64,000 bases of DNA. It comes from Amoebidium appalachense. Lineage: Eukaryota; Protista; Ichthyosporea. Location of the stretch: NCBI GenBank assembly GCA_963693365.1, contig CAVNZM010000002.1, positions 1,550,001 to 1,614,000 on the forward strand. The letters are read 5' to 3'. This document shows positions 19,521-31,300 of the stretch, in pieces. The translations under genes were made by a program, and so were the position numbers. Within the stretch, counting starts at the first letter, position 1, and each line of letters begins with the position of its first letter. The notes under the pieces are model-generated. The model saw only the letters and a list, made by a program, of their open reading frames with translations. It made no database searches and was not told the DNA's origin.

Positions 19521-20132
19521 TTCAGTATGGATGTAATGGACACATGCTTGTCGTCCTTGCCCATTCCCCATTCCCCATATACGGAATGTGCTAGCAAAGA
19601 GAAAGAAGGTGCTGGTGGGGGGGAAAAGGACATGTTTGTTTACACTCTGACACGCGCACACGCAGCGTGCGGGCGCACACACACCTGAACACACACACAA
19701 ACACACGAACTGCACGTTTGGTTACACACATGGCATGTACAGTTCTCGCCCTCTCCCTGAGGACTACAACCGGAACAGACACTACCTTGAAAATGGGGAG
19801 GGGGAGAGGGGAGGAGGGTCTGCACTATGGGCAACGGCTGTGAGTGGGTGGGGAGGGGGGGGGGGGGTGAAGGGAGGGAGGGTATGGGTGTTTTGATAAT
19901 GAGGTTCTGGGTTTGAGAACTAAACCTGGTTTTTTAACAGCGCAAGCACGAGTCATCCGAATCCGAGTCAGAGGCAGAGAAGAAGCCAGCCAAGAAGGAG
20001 GAGAGTGAGGAGGAGAGCGAAGAGGAGAAGGCTACAAAGAAGAAGGAGAAGAAGGAAAAGAAGGAAAAGAAGGAGAGCAAGAAGGAGAAGAAGGAGGAGA
20101 AGGAAAGCAAGAAGGAGAAGAAGGTACGTGCC

Positions 20133-20163
<31 letters not shown>

Positions 20164-20497
20164 CTGTTCGGCTTATTCAGGAAGTGTGTTTACCCTGGTG
20201 CTGGCATAGATTGTTTGCTTGTGTTGGGGCTCTTTTGCGATCCAATATGTGGACGTGTTACTTGCTTACGAGGACACACCTTTTGTGTGTTGTTGACTCG
20301 CAGAATCATGCTTCTCTTGCACTTATTTCCATTCAGTGCGCATGTAAACTTCCGGATGTGAAGCGGAGGGGGGGATGACGGAGAGAAGGAAACATAGGGG
20401 AAGGAAAAAGATAAAAAGATTTTCAACAAAACCAGTCACCAAGAGAGGGAAAAACAGTTGTGTTGGTGTGGGGAAAAAAAGTAGTTTTTTTTTTTTT

Positions 20498-20528
<31 letters not shown>

Positions 20529-20730
20529 GGGGGGATGTTTTTGTTGCAGAGTTTTGGGATGTATGGCAGCACGGTTGGGGTGACGATGGTTTGCCTGGTA
20601 TGTAATTGGGTGTGTGTTTTTTTTTGGTGAAGAACATGTACTTAGGCAATGTGTTAATTCCACACAGGAGAAAAAGTCTGAGAAGAAGAAGACGAAGAAG
20701 GCCAAGAAGGACGATTCGGACAGCGAGTAA
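12737..20730 (+). CDS. DKC1: Dyskerin / Cbf5, H/ACA RNP pseudouridine synthase, 12 exons, ~508 aa
   Basis: Exons 12737-12746, 13195-13256, 14275-14334, 14860-14951, 15488-15737, 16325-16565, 17099-17181, 17898-18155, 18580-18684, 19273-19392, 19941-20123, 20668-20730; all GT-AG and in phase. Motifs: [40 protein letters not shown] (catalytic Asp), [14 protein letters not shown] region ([13 protein letters not shown]), [12 protein letters not shown]-rich tail. The 10-nt first exon is the least certain. Confidence 0.97.
16566..16706 (+). mobile_element. Repeat family A degenerate copy starting at the 5' splice site of DKC1 intron 6
   Basis: tgaatggct..ccccctgaaagtgggctatgc..atactcttgatgtgtggtttgcactctgcgtcgtgttgttcg..acattct aligns by eye to 600-775 (reverse complement) and 23401-23580. 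Confidence 0.65.
18985..19270 (+). repeat. ~33-bp minisatellite in DKC1 intron 9 abutting the 3' splice site
   Basis: About 8 units of cactcactgtgtgcacatgttgacatgtttgttcac. Confidence 0.85.
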
Positions 20731-21178
20731 ATTACACTGGCAGGGGGGTTTTATAATGTTATTCATAGTTGCAGTGCTTACTAGCGCAGGTGTCGTTGAG
20801 TTTGGACCCCACTTTTCGGGAAATTTCACCATTCGGTGTGTTGCTTGTGCGGTAGCTTATAATGAATTTGATTGCTCTCTCTTTGTGTTTGAATGGTGTG
20901 TTGTACGGTTGCCTGATGGGGGTTCTAATTCTGGACAATCATTCCTTTATTCCCCTAAAACATAACTAAGTCGATAGGTTTTTCCCTTTATTTGTCGTGT
21001 ATGCAGTGTGGTGTTAGCAGGTGGTAGTGTGTGGAGGGCATGTACATGTACATAGGCCGGTGGTGACGTGCACCGGCGCCAATAAATTGAAAACGGTGGC
21101 TGGGTTTTCACCCCAAAAGCTCCATCGGATCCTCCCATCATCCCCCTTCTCCCCCCCCCCCCCCCCCCCCCCCCCCCC

Positions 21179-21473
21179 GTTCAATACACTAGACATCGTT
21201 CGTTTCCCACATCACGACTCATTCATCTCCCGCACTGCAAAATACGGCATCATGACAAGTCAAATGCATAGCTACCAGCGCAAATGCCCCACACTTGCTG
21301 CATTCACCACATGCACTGCACGACTTGCTAAAACATTGCTTAACAAAGGCTACTCGTTTAGACTCTTGCACCACAAAATGCACAGCTTTCTCGCCACACA
21401 CCCGCACATATACCGTGGCGTTCACTCCTCTCACATACTCTCCATCATCACTAAAAAGATCAACACTCACTAG
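21179..21473 (+). mobile_element. 5'-truncated Penelope-like retroelement fragment (RT thumb/C-terminus), Naiad/Chlamys-like
   Basis: Translation FNTLDIVRFPHHDSFISRTAKYGIMTSQMHSYQRKC...F....RLAKTLLNKGY matches the PLE RT thumb pattern (FP..DS.I....YG...SQ......C....F......L...L..KGY) as recalled. The stop codon follows with no C-terminal GIY-YIG domain. Poly(C) lies on both sides. Confidence 0.7.
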
Positions 21474-21879
21474 TCCCCCACTCTATCCCGATTCCCTCCC
21501 CCCCCCCCTCCCCCCCTACCAGCCCCTACACGTCCCTCCCCCCCCCCCCCCCCCCTCCCTCTCTCTCTCCCTCTCTCTCTCCCTCTCCCTCTCTCTCCCT
21601 CCCTCCCTCACTCTCTTTCGTTCTCTCTCGTTCTCTCCCTCCCTCTCTCTCTCTCTCCCTCTCCCCCTCTCTCCCCCCCCCCTCTCTCTCTCCCTCTCCC
21701 CCTCTCTCCCCCTCTCTCCCCCTCTCTCCCCCCTCCCCCTCCCCCCCCCCCCCCTCCTCTCCCCCCACTCCTTTTCCCAAACAATTCCCCCGCCGTTCTT
21801 CTTTCTCAGCCGGCTAAGTTTTTTGGGTTGCCTGGTAAGTTTTGAAATGGAGCTCTCGTCTCTGATCTGTCCACCACAG

Positions 21880-21919
<40 letters not shown>

Positions 21920-21970
21920 CTCTCCTCCCCCCCCCACCTTTTTTCCCCCTCCCTCCCTCCCCTCCCTTCG

Positions 21971-22006
<36 letters not shown>

Positions 22007-22194
22007 TTTTTTTTTTTTTTTTCTTTTTTTTCTTCCTTCTCCTCTCCCCCCCCCCCCCTCCCCCCCCCCCCCCCCCCCCTCCCTCCCCTCCCTTCGCCCT
22101 TCGCCCTTCCCCGGCCTACTCCCCCCCTCCCCCCCCCCTTCCCCTCCTACCTTCTTTCCCCCCCTTCCCCCCCCCCCCCCCCCCCCCCTGGCCA

Positions 22195-22535
22195 CACCCT
22201 GTATACACTCTTCTCATCAGCAGGTCTCTAACCCACTCTGCAGAACGTTTTACGCATTTCTCCCCTTGGAGAACTTTGTCGTTAACGTTGGTGCGTTTTT
22301 GTCTGACATCTAACGACTCTGCAGGGTCCCCTGAGACTACTGACACTCTAACTTCCCCCCCCCCCCCCCCCCCCCCCTTCCCCCTCCTCCTTCCCCTCCC
22401 ATTTTCTCTGCACACTCGACAGGTCTTAACCAGCTCTGCACATCGTTAGTCACAATCTTCTCACATATATGAGAGAATGATCGTATTGGTACGATTTGTC
22501 TAATATCTGACGATTCTGCAGCATCCCTAAGACCC
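22195..22535 (+). repeat. Two diverged tandem copies of a ~140-bp unit (family B), each ending in a C-rich tract
   Basis: caggtctctaacccactctgcagaacgtt..tttgtctgacatctaacgactctgcagggtcccctgagac compared with caggtcttaaccagctctgcacatcgtt..tttgtctaatatctgacgattctgcagcatccctaagac. Confidence 0.6.
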
Positions 22536-22575
22536 CCCTCCCCCCTCCCCCCCTCCCCCCCCCCTCCCCCCCCCC

Positions 22576-22688
<113 letters not shown>

Positions 22689-22749
22689 GCGCCTGTTGTT
22701 TTGCTTGTCATTTGTTATTCTGGTTGATTACCTGTAATCTTCGCTTATT

Positions 22750-22780
<31 letters not shown>

Positions 22781-23400
22781 TGGGCGGGGTCGCACATATC
22801 GGTGTCTACTTTTCTTCTCGCTGTTTTTCTCTCCACACACTTCATCTGTCCACTTCTGCATACCCCCTTTCATAGCTATAGACACACTTCACACATTGCG
22901 TTACGCGCACGCATGCACACACCGCTCTGTTGGCGACAGCTCCCTTGGAACCCATGCGGCATGTTACCCGCCGGCGTAACATAACTCGGACTATCGGTTT
23001 GGCTTTTTTCAAGCCCAAAGCAATGGGTGATACCATATTTCCGGCTGACATCCGGGGGCATAGCTTTCCGTTTGAAGACGATAAAGTTCCGCCCCAGTAA
23101 GCGTATTACTACCCTGCGGCGTGGGTCAAATCTCATATTTTCCCCTCTGATTGCGAATTCTGCGGCCTTCGGGACTTAATTCTTTTCAGCTGGTGTAGTA
23201 TGTTAGCCAGGGAAGTATCGACTTAGGTATCGACGGGGGAGCTTCCTAGAAGCCCCGTCTCCTGAGTTCCTATCTATATTTTTCTTGCTTCTGCTTACTG
23301 CTGCAACTTTAACCCCCGGCCTTTCCCACTGCCCTTGCCTGCATAAGCAACCCTGCTCGTCTCTGATCAAGACGGGTGACCTACTCATGTTCAAGTGAAA

Positions 23401-23600
23401 CAGTATCTGAGTTGGGTTTCGTTAACGAGGGGAATAGGTCGAAACTCGGGTACTGTGGATGACGTGGGCCCCCCCTGAGGATGGGCTCTGCTTATTATGC
23501 ATACTCTTTATGTATGGCTTGCATTCTGCATCGTGTTATCCGTTTGTTCCTGTGTCGTACTTTTTGACGCATTCAAACCCCCCCCCCCCCCCCCCCCCCC
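23401..23600 (+). mobile_element. Repeat family A reference copy, 3' end in poly(C); may extend upstream to ~22780
   Basis: cagtatctgagttgggtttcg..cgaaactcgggtactg hairpin, then gtggatgacgtgggcccccc..gggctctgcttattatgcatactc..ctgcatcgtgttatccgtttgttc..tttttgacgcattcaaa(C)n. Homologous to at least 8 other loci in the window. Confidence 0.75.
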
Positions 23601-24695
23601 CACACACACACACAAAAAAACAAAAAAAAAACATGCACACACACACACACACACAAAAAAAAATAAAAATGTGTGTACACGTCGTAACAACCGTCCGCCC
23701 ACAGCCATGATGCAAATGATTGTGTGCACGTGCTCTACATATTACCAATGTGCACTCCTTCGTCGTGAATGGGAATATTCGGATGTGTACTTTGTACTCT
23801 AGCTAGCGCTATAGAGAACACATTCTGACATTCGCAGCTGGTTCTGCCCCCCCCCCCCCCCCTTCCCACCTTTCCCGCCACCGCCGCCGCTGCCACGTGC
23901 GATTGTGGCCTCAGCCGCCGTATGATCAACTATACTCTGGAGTCTATTTTTCAAGGGTATGAGTTGGCGCGTGATCAGTCGACTTCGGAAGGATAGTTTT
24001 GTCAGCCTTGAAAAATAAGAGCTACCGCCAAAGGTAGCAGCCGCCGCCGCCGCCGTTACACCAAATACATGTATGTACACACATACACGTCCGATGATCT
24101 CGAATAATGGATTTAAAAAAATCTGCTTGTAAAATCACACGAAGTTTATTTTTTCCAAGTAAAGTGTTGGCATTTGGCTGTAAATATGCATACAGCGTTT
24201 AAATATTCCATACAAAATGCACATTCCTATGTTCACACCATTCATCACAATGCCAGCCCATATACACGTGCACAAAAGCACTCTTGAGAATCGATGGTTC
24301 TAGCGTCGTTTACGAAAGTATGGCCTCAAAGGTGAGAAAACGATAGAGAAAGAAACTAATGATGAATTCGAAAGCGCGGAGGGGGACGAGAGCAGAGAAA
24401 ATTCACCAAACCTTGGGACACTACGGAATTGGCCCTTGAAAACCATGTCCCTTTTAAAAACTAAAATACGTGAGGAAATAATGAATCTACAAGCATTTTC
24501 AATATCTCGACTATATTGATATTCGAGCATTTTGATAATGATCAGTGAATGCATGTTTGTATATGTCGGTGTGTAAGCCATGGCCAATCATTGAATACCT
24601 ATGCAGGTGGATGCTAAAGCGCAGTGGGCTTGGGCACTGACTAGTTCAGGCACCTGTGCATGTGTGTGTGTGTGTGTGTGTGTACGTGTGTGTGC

Positions 24696-25100
24696 CTAGT
24701 AGTCTGTCGTGTCCCCCTTAATTGAGCACATAGACTGCCACACAGCCGAGTTGCACTTGAAGCCAGACCCAAAAGCAATCTGCCAGATCTTATCCCCAAC
24801 ACGCATGCGCCCAGCCCTCTCCATGTACTCCAGCTCGTACCTGCAAATATTGCCGTGTCAGCAAGAAACCCTATATCAATAACTTCAACCCCCCCCCCTC
24901 CCCCCCTCGGCTTCCCCTTTTCGATGCCCTTGGCTTATTACCCCCCCATCTCCCCTTCCCCCCTCCACACACACACGCACACACACACCCCTACACACAC
25001 CCCTGCCTCTCGATCCCCCCCCCCCCCCCCCCCCCCCCCCCCTCTCCGGCAGTCCACATCCACGCTTCTAAAGTAAAAGCCAGCCCTCCGTCCCTCCCCC

Positions 25101-25170
<70 letters not shown>

Positions 25171-25985
25171 CGGGGAGGGGGGGGAGGGGGCATATTTAAA
25201 CGCTTGTGACATCATGAGACGTACCAAATCGACGCTGATGACGTATTCCCGAACCTCTCGAGGGCGAAGCGTGAGGGTGTGACGTCATACTCGGACAAAC
25301 TGAGCACATTTTCGAGTGTGTCGATGACGGCACGGCCACCCGTGTGGATGCAAAAGTGTTGGATGGCCGTCTTGAAGTCGGGGATGAAGGGCTGCAGGTG
25401 CTTGTGGCCTAGGTGCTTGCGACGGATGTAGTTGATGAAGAACTTGACCTGTGTACGTGTGTGTGTGTGTGTGCATGTAAAGAGTGCGTGTGTTCGTAAG
25501 TCTGTGTGTGTGCATGCAAGATGTGTGTGTGTGTGTGTGTGTCTGCGTGTGTGCATGTAAGGTGTGCGTTTTCGTGTGCATGTAAGGTGTGTGTATGTAA
25601 AGAGTGTGTGTCCGTACGTCTGTGTGTGTGCATGCAAGGTATGTGTGTGTGTGTGCGTGTGTGCGTGTGCGTCTGCGTGTGTGCATGTAAGGTGTGTGTT
25701 TTCGTGTGCATGTAAGGCGTGTGCATGTACAGAGAGTGTGTGTCCGTACGTCTGTGTGTGTGCATGCAAGGTGTGTGTGTGTTTTTTGGGGGGGGAGGGG
25801 GGGGGGAGGGGGTTGAGACCTCGAATACGGTATGGGATAGCGAAAAAGATGGCATTGTGGCAGGGATAGGGGTGGGATGTCACACCCAATGTGAGACACA
25901 AAGCAGGTGAGGGGATGGCATTGGTGGAAGAGGTGTGTGTCGTGTATATGCGGCGTTCGTGCGTGGAGGTGTGCCGGTGCTGTGG

Positions 25986-26028
<43 letters not shown>

Positions 26029-26716
26029 GGGGGGTAGGGGGTTACAATCATGGCCATACCAGGGTAGGGTGTGTTTCAAGCACGTACTTACACACATGCA
26101 AGAGCACAAACACACACACACACTCACACACCTGCTGTGAGACGGGCAGAATAAGGGGACCCAGGGTAGTGATGTTCTGCCTCAGAGCCACGCCGCTGAC
26201 ATCCATAATGGCCTTGCTCAGGCGCACACCCACTATGCCCGCATCATCCTCCATCTGGTACACACTCTGGAACGCCCCGTCATCCGCACCCCTGCACACG
26301 GGGTGTCAGTGTTGGGTATCATTGCGTGGGAAGGGTGGAAATGGTGGGTATGGGGTATTTGGATTGGAAAGGAGAGAGATGGAGGAAAGCAAGGGGAGAG
26401 GGAGGGGGGGGGGGGGGAAGGGGGGGGTGATGTTATGAATTGGAGAGAAGGAGTGGGGGGCAGAAGAAAAAGGGAAATATTAAGCCAAAGCTGTTCATGA
26501 GCAATGCTCTGTTATCCCACACCAGCTCACATATACAGTTAGGATTCTCCAAAAAACTTGCATGCTGCATCCCAATCGACTCACGTCAGCCAATCACTGC
26601 CTTCCCTCACTCCCTTCCCACACATAACTGCATCCCCCCCCCCCCCCCCCTCATTCCTCCACTGTACACACAAAATCATTCCAAATCTCGATCCCCTTCA
26701 CCAAACACACTACATA

Positions 26717-26747
<31 letters not shown>

Positions 26748-27506
26748 CAGACACACTACCCCTACCATGTCCAACATCCCCCCTCCCTCCCCCCCCCCCC
26801 CCCCCCCCCCCCCTTCTCAATACATACACGACACAGCTCGACGTCATTCTCCCCACCTCCCCCTCTCCCTCCCCCCGTCCCCAACCCGTCACCCCCCTCC
26901 CCAAACTGCAGACTACACCGACATCATCCTCCCCCCCCCCCCCCCCCCCCCCCCCCCAACTTGTACACCACCTCCCACCCACCTGTGTGTGCGGACAGTG
27001 TTCAGCAGGCGGTAGCGTGCACGCCTCTTGTCAGCCACCTTGTTCGAGAGCAGAATGGCTGCACCGCCCATGCGGAACAGTGTGTTCGTCAGCAGCATGG
27101 ACTTCTGCTTGCCCAGGTACCAGTTCTGCGTGATGTTCTCGGTGCTCACTACGATGGCCGTCACGTTCTTCTGCACCTGTGGGGGAATGGGTGTGGGGAA
27201 GGAAAAGGGATGTAGAGGTGTTGGGCAGACAGATGTGTGTGTGTATGTATGTGTATGTGTGTGTGTGTGTGTGTGTGTTAACAAAAGAGATCTGAAGGGT
27301 AAATGTGTTGGGGAGCGAGGAAAGAAGGGGAGGGGGGGGGGGGGGGAGGGGGAGGGGGGGGAGATTAGCCGGTCATATAGGACAACATGGTAGAAAAATT
27401 GTCTGTGCACGTTTGAATGGACATTGTGTGGCTATGTTTCAATGATTGGTGGGGTGGTGGATGAGGGGCAAAAGGTAACAAATCAAGCGCAAGGGAAAAA
27501 AAAAAA

Positions 27507-27538
<32 letters not shown>

Positions 27539-27833
27539 GAAGCACACCCGACCCATGTAAATCTAAGCATACATGTAGACTCGGATGCAAAGACCGAGGA
27601 TGAAGGGTAGGGGAGGCGGGAGGGATGAAAGGAGAAGGGGAAGGTTGAGGTCAGAGTTATCTTGGAGAAAAAGAAGGTGGCTGTTGGAAGAGTTAGCAAC
27701 GGAGGGGGGAGGGGGGAGGGGGGGGGAGGGGGAGGGGGGATTTGTCAAAAACGGATGGAAAACAGCAGAAAATGGTGGGGTATGGAGTTGGGGATCGCAA
27801 TGGCAGGCAGGCGAAGGGCGGTCCGGATGCCCG

Positions 27834-27871
<38 letters not shown>

Positions 27872-29316
27872 ATATATACCTGCAGAAGATCCCGTGCGAG
27901 GTCGATGGAAATAACACCAGCAGAGCAACCCATACCCGAGAGGTTGTACGTGCGGATATCGTCACGCATCTTGAAATGATTGACTATCATAGCAGAAAGA
28001 GAGGGAGTGGGGTTGAAAAGGGAGCAGTTGACGATCAAAATGTCAATGTCCTTGGCTTTCAGATTGTTCCGATCCAGCAATTCCTTCACAACAGAAAACA
28101 TCACCAACTCGGCCTCCTCCCGTGCACTTTGCATGTTGAGTACCTTTTCACGACCTGTTCACAACATTAGGTTCAGAGTTTGGAACGCGAAACACAAGAG
28201 CTCCAAGACAAGGAACATGGGTGTTTCGTCATTGAACGGGTCTACCTTTCCCCGTCCCCCCCAGTCCACCCACACCTTCCCCTCTAGAAAAACACCCACA
28301 CACATACCCAGAACCCGGGCCCATCTCCAAACAGCATTTTCACAACTGCCATAATGTGCTTCAAGTCCAACTTGTATAAACCTTGGTCCTAGCTTTCCCC
28401 AGGATATCTCTAAAGTGCTAGTGCAAACCTCCTTGGAAGAAAAACACTTGCCGGCTCTCTGGTGGAGTAGGAGTAGGCAGACAGAAAAAGGGATCAAAGC
28501 TAAGGGTGCTATTGTTTGTTGCATGCTGCACAGAAAGTGGTGGTTACGTGGCAAAGAGCTGGAGTACATTCTAAAGTGGGGGGGGGGGGGGGGGGGGGGG
28601 GGGAGTGGGGGGGGAGGAAGGGAGGGGCAGTGGAGTAGAGGGAAAAGGGTGGGGGGGAGGGGCCGACCTGACTTTGCAATTTCCTCTGCCCTGAACATTG
28701 CGTCCGGGAAAGCAGTCTTTTGCCCCAGCCCATTCCTGTTCAGCAACTTCTCCTGGAACTCAATAGCCTCCTTGTCAAAGACATTGGTCCGGCGAGTGAG
28801 GTCCATAAACAGCTCGTGTGGGGTGGTGTTCTTGCTTGGCGGTTTGAATGTTGCAAAGTCAAGGAGATAGACCGGGCGCGGCCTCCGAATGCTGTAATAC
28901 ACGAGGATGGAATAGAGAAAGGCAATGACGAGCACAACCTCGACAACATTCCCAATGACATTCGCCTGCAACTGAGCAGCTATGGCATATAGCTGCTCGG
29001 CAGTGATGTATGTGTGCCACACGAGGAACGCCAGGATTGCGGCTGCAACCGCGCCTATAAGACGCGGGGAGGAGAAGGGGTCGAGGAAACTGTAACCCCT
29101 GGTAACGTCTGTGAGGTTCGCGCGTGGATTATTCTTGTACGCCTCGGTAACACGCTCCCACGCTCGCCGCGTAGACTCGGCAAAGGGAGAGATAAGAGAG
29201 CTAAGTGATGCGGAACGGGAACGCATGCCACCGTCTTCTGAATCTGACTTATCCGACTTGTCATTTAGCTCAATTGTGCCCTCCTGTGGGGCTGTATTGT
29301 CATCCTCGTGTGCCAT
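24696..29316 (-). CDS. KCS: 3-ketoacyl-CoA synthase (FAE1/KCS-type very-long-chain fatty acid elongase condensing enzyme), 6 exons, ~548 aa
   Basis: Exons 28668-29316, 27880-28154, 26983-27176, 26132-26291, 25225-25448, 24696-24840. Two N-terminal TM segments. Motifs: [48 protein letters not shown] (catalytic Cys), [31 protein letters not shown] (His), [14 protein letters not shown] (Asn), [16 protein letters not shown]. Confidence 0.96.
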
Positions 29317-30661
29317 TTTTCTCTTTGGGGCGACTCTACCCAACTAAAAAGTGCGAAATGCTTTACAGCAGAACGGACAGAGTGAAGAAACGTGACCGGA
29401 ATCCTTTTGTTTTGGTTCACAAGTCCCAACTGCCCAAGTGAAGCCAAACACGGGCAAACCAGGATCTGGTGCGTGGTACAATACTTGCGTGATATATAAC
29501 CAATATATATAAGTTTAAAAAGTCGCCGATACCGACACACTGATCTGATAACGAGCTAACACCAATCAAACGGCGTTGCAACGAGCACGTTTAGACGGTC
29601 GACCGACTCGGACGATTATCCGCGGCGGATTCCGAGCTCACACGTGCAACAAGCAAGTCTCTGAACTTTCTAATGTAAATGAGCCGAAATCAACTGCAAC
29701 AACGCCAGTTACACTTTAATCTAAAGAATTTGGTTTTTTTCCTTTGAATATTTGCTATTATGTGGGAATGAATGCCCAGTATCGCATACAAAACAGCAGG
29801 CCAGCAGGTTGCGCATAAAACGCTACGCAAGCCTATTGGTTGATCTCGGGGAAGAAGACATCTCCCAACACCTGGTGGGGTTTCAAATTCTATCGGTTAA
29901 CCGGAAAATCTTTTTTTCTTTTGACTGGATTTATTCGACGGAAAGATATGCAAGTATGCACGGCATACTGAGAAGATAATAAAAACTTCACGAGTTATCC
30001 AGTAACAAGTGCATACTGAGATACCTGAACACTGTGTGAAAATCATATACTCAATGTGACGACCAACAGAATACAACAAAAAGTCTAAAGTGTTCACATT
30101 GCCAGCCAGTGTAGCAGATCTAGACACACGGTATACGTAGGGAAAGAGGTAAAACGCGACATAAAAACTCACACCTATCAACATGCTTTCGATTAAAAAG
30201 TTTAGCACAAAAGTGGCACCAGCGGCGAAACAAGAATTACAACGCCACTGCACAACTTCCCAGGCAATATCAATATCAGAGCACCATACAGACTTATCTA
30301 CTATGTAGGGTGGTATCCATATATACGTACAGCAGATCCTGCCAAAGCTCCCAAAAAGCGATAATGATCAGTACGGTGTTGCAATAAGGAACATAACACA
30401 TGCCGACTTTGATTTCTCTATCAGAACAAGAAAATCTTAAAGTTCTGGCAGCTGCCTGAATCATAAATGATGATTCGATATCAACAGCAAAACTGAAGTA
30501 TGATAGATCCCAGTTGTAGTATTATACCAATAATCTTGTTTGTTTTTGATATGCTACAAAAGATATAGGCCAATGATAATGTAATTCGGGTACACATTTA
30601 GTCACAATAATATATTGATATTATTGATTAAAAAAAATATCTCCACATATGATGTATGCCT

Positions 30662-30810
30662 GATACGTTATATCTCCACATATGATTTGTATGTTGTAAG
30701 TGTAACCTCGGTTTTTTACATGTATATCTTGTTGGGTGGAAGTACTGTGGGCCTTGGTGCCGACAACTCATCACAGCTCACCTACATGTTGTTAATAAAC
30801 AGCACATCCC
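30662..30810 (-). repeat. Dispersed repeat family C, second copy
   Basis: Reverse complement of 6429-6590 with small indels; followed by a poly(C) tract. Confidence 0.85.
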
Positions 30811-30830
30811 CCCCCCCCCCCCCCCCCCCC

Positions 30831-31300
30831 TTTGATTGGGGTTACGATATTCCGAGAGTCGGGGTGTGATCTGATTGGATGACGACACGACCTTTAACTT
30901 CAGTTAGTCTTGCCGTGATTGGCCTAGAGCGCACTCACCGAAATAACCAGGCTATGGACATTTCTATTGGGTTAGAGGAATCGAATAACCGGGTTAATGG
31001 GTGAGTGCGCTGCTAGCCAATCAAAGCGATCACTAGGAAAATGAGCCTGAAATATGAATGTAATGATATATGAATCAAATAACCGAGTTAAAGTTTGCAT
31101 AATGTATCAATAAAGTGAATGCTAAATCTTTATGGGTCATATCGTAACCGGATCATGTCGGCTCGTGTCCTCGCTCGACCTCGTTATTTCGGCTCGCCTT
31201 GACGATTATTTTGGCTCGCCTATCGGCTCGCCAAAATAACCGACGGCTCGCCGAAATAACTTCGGTCTCGCTCGGCCACTCGCCCCATGACTCCTGATTT
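30831..31300. mobile_element. Putative non-autonomous element with nested inverted repeats and a long mismatch-containing hairpin
   Basis: Inverted repeats at 30840-30850/31139-31149 and 30916-30939/31000-31023; repeated aataac(c) motifs; hairpin 31150-31294 built from ggctcgcc units. Confidence 0.5.

Noticed and set aside
29897-30253. Hydrophobic 118-aa minus-strand ORF
   Set aside because: Non-ATG start, no recognisable motif or splice partners, and the composition fits AT-rich intergenic DNA.
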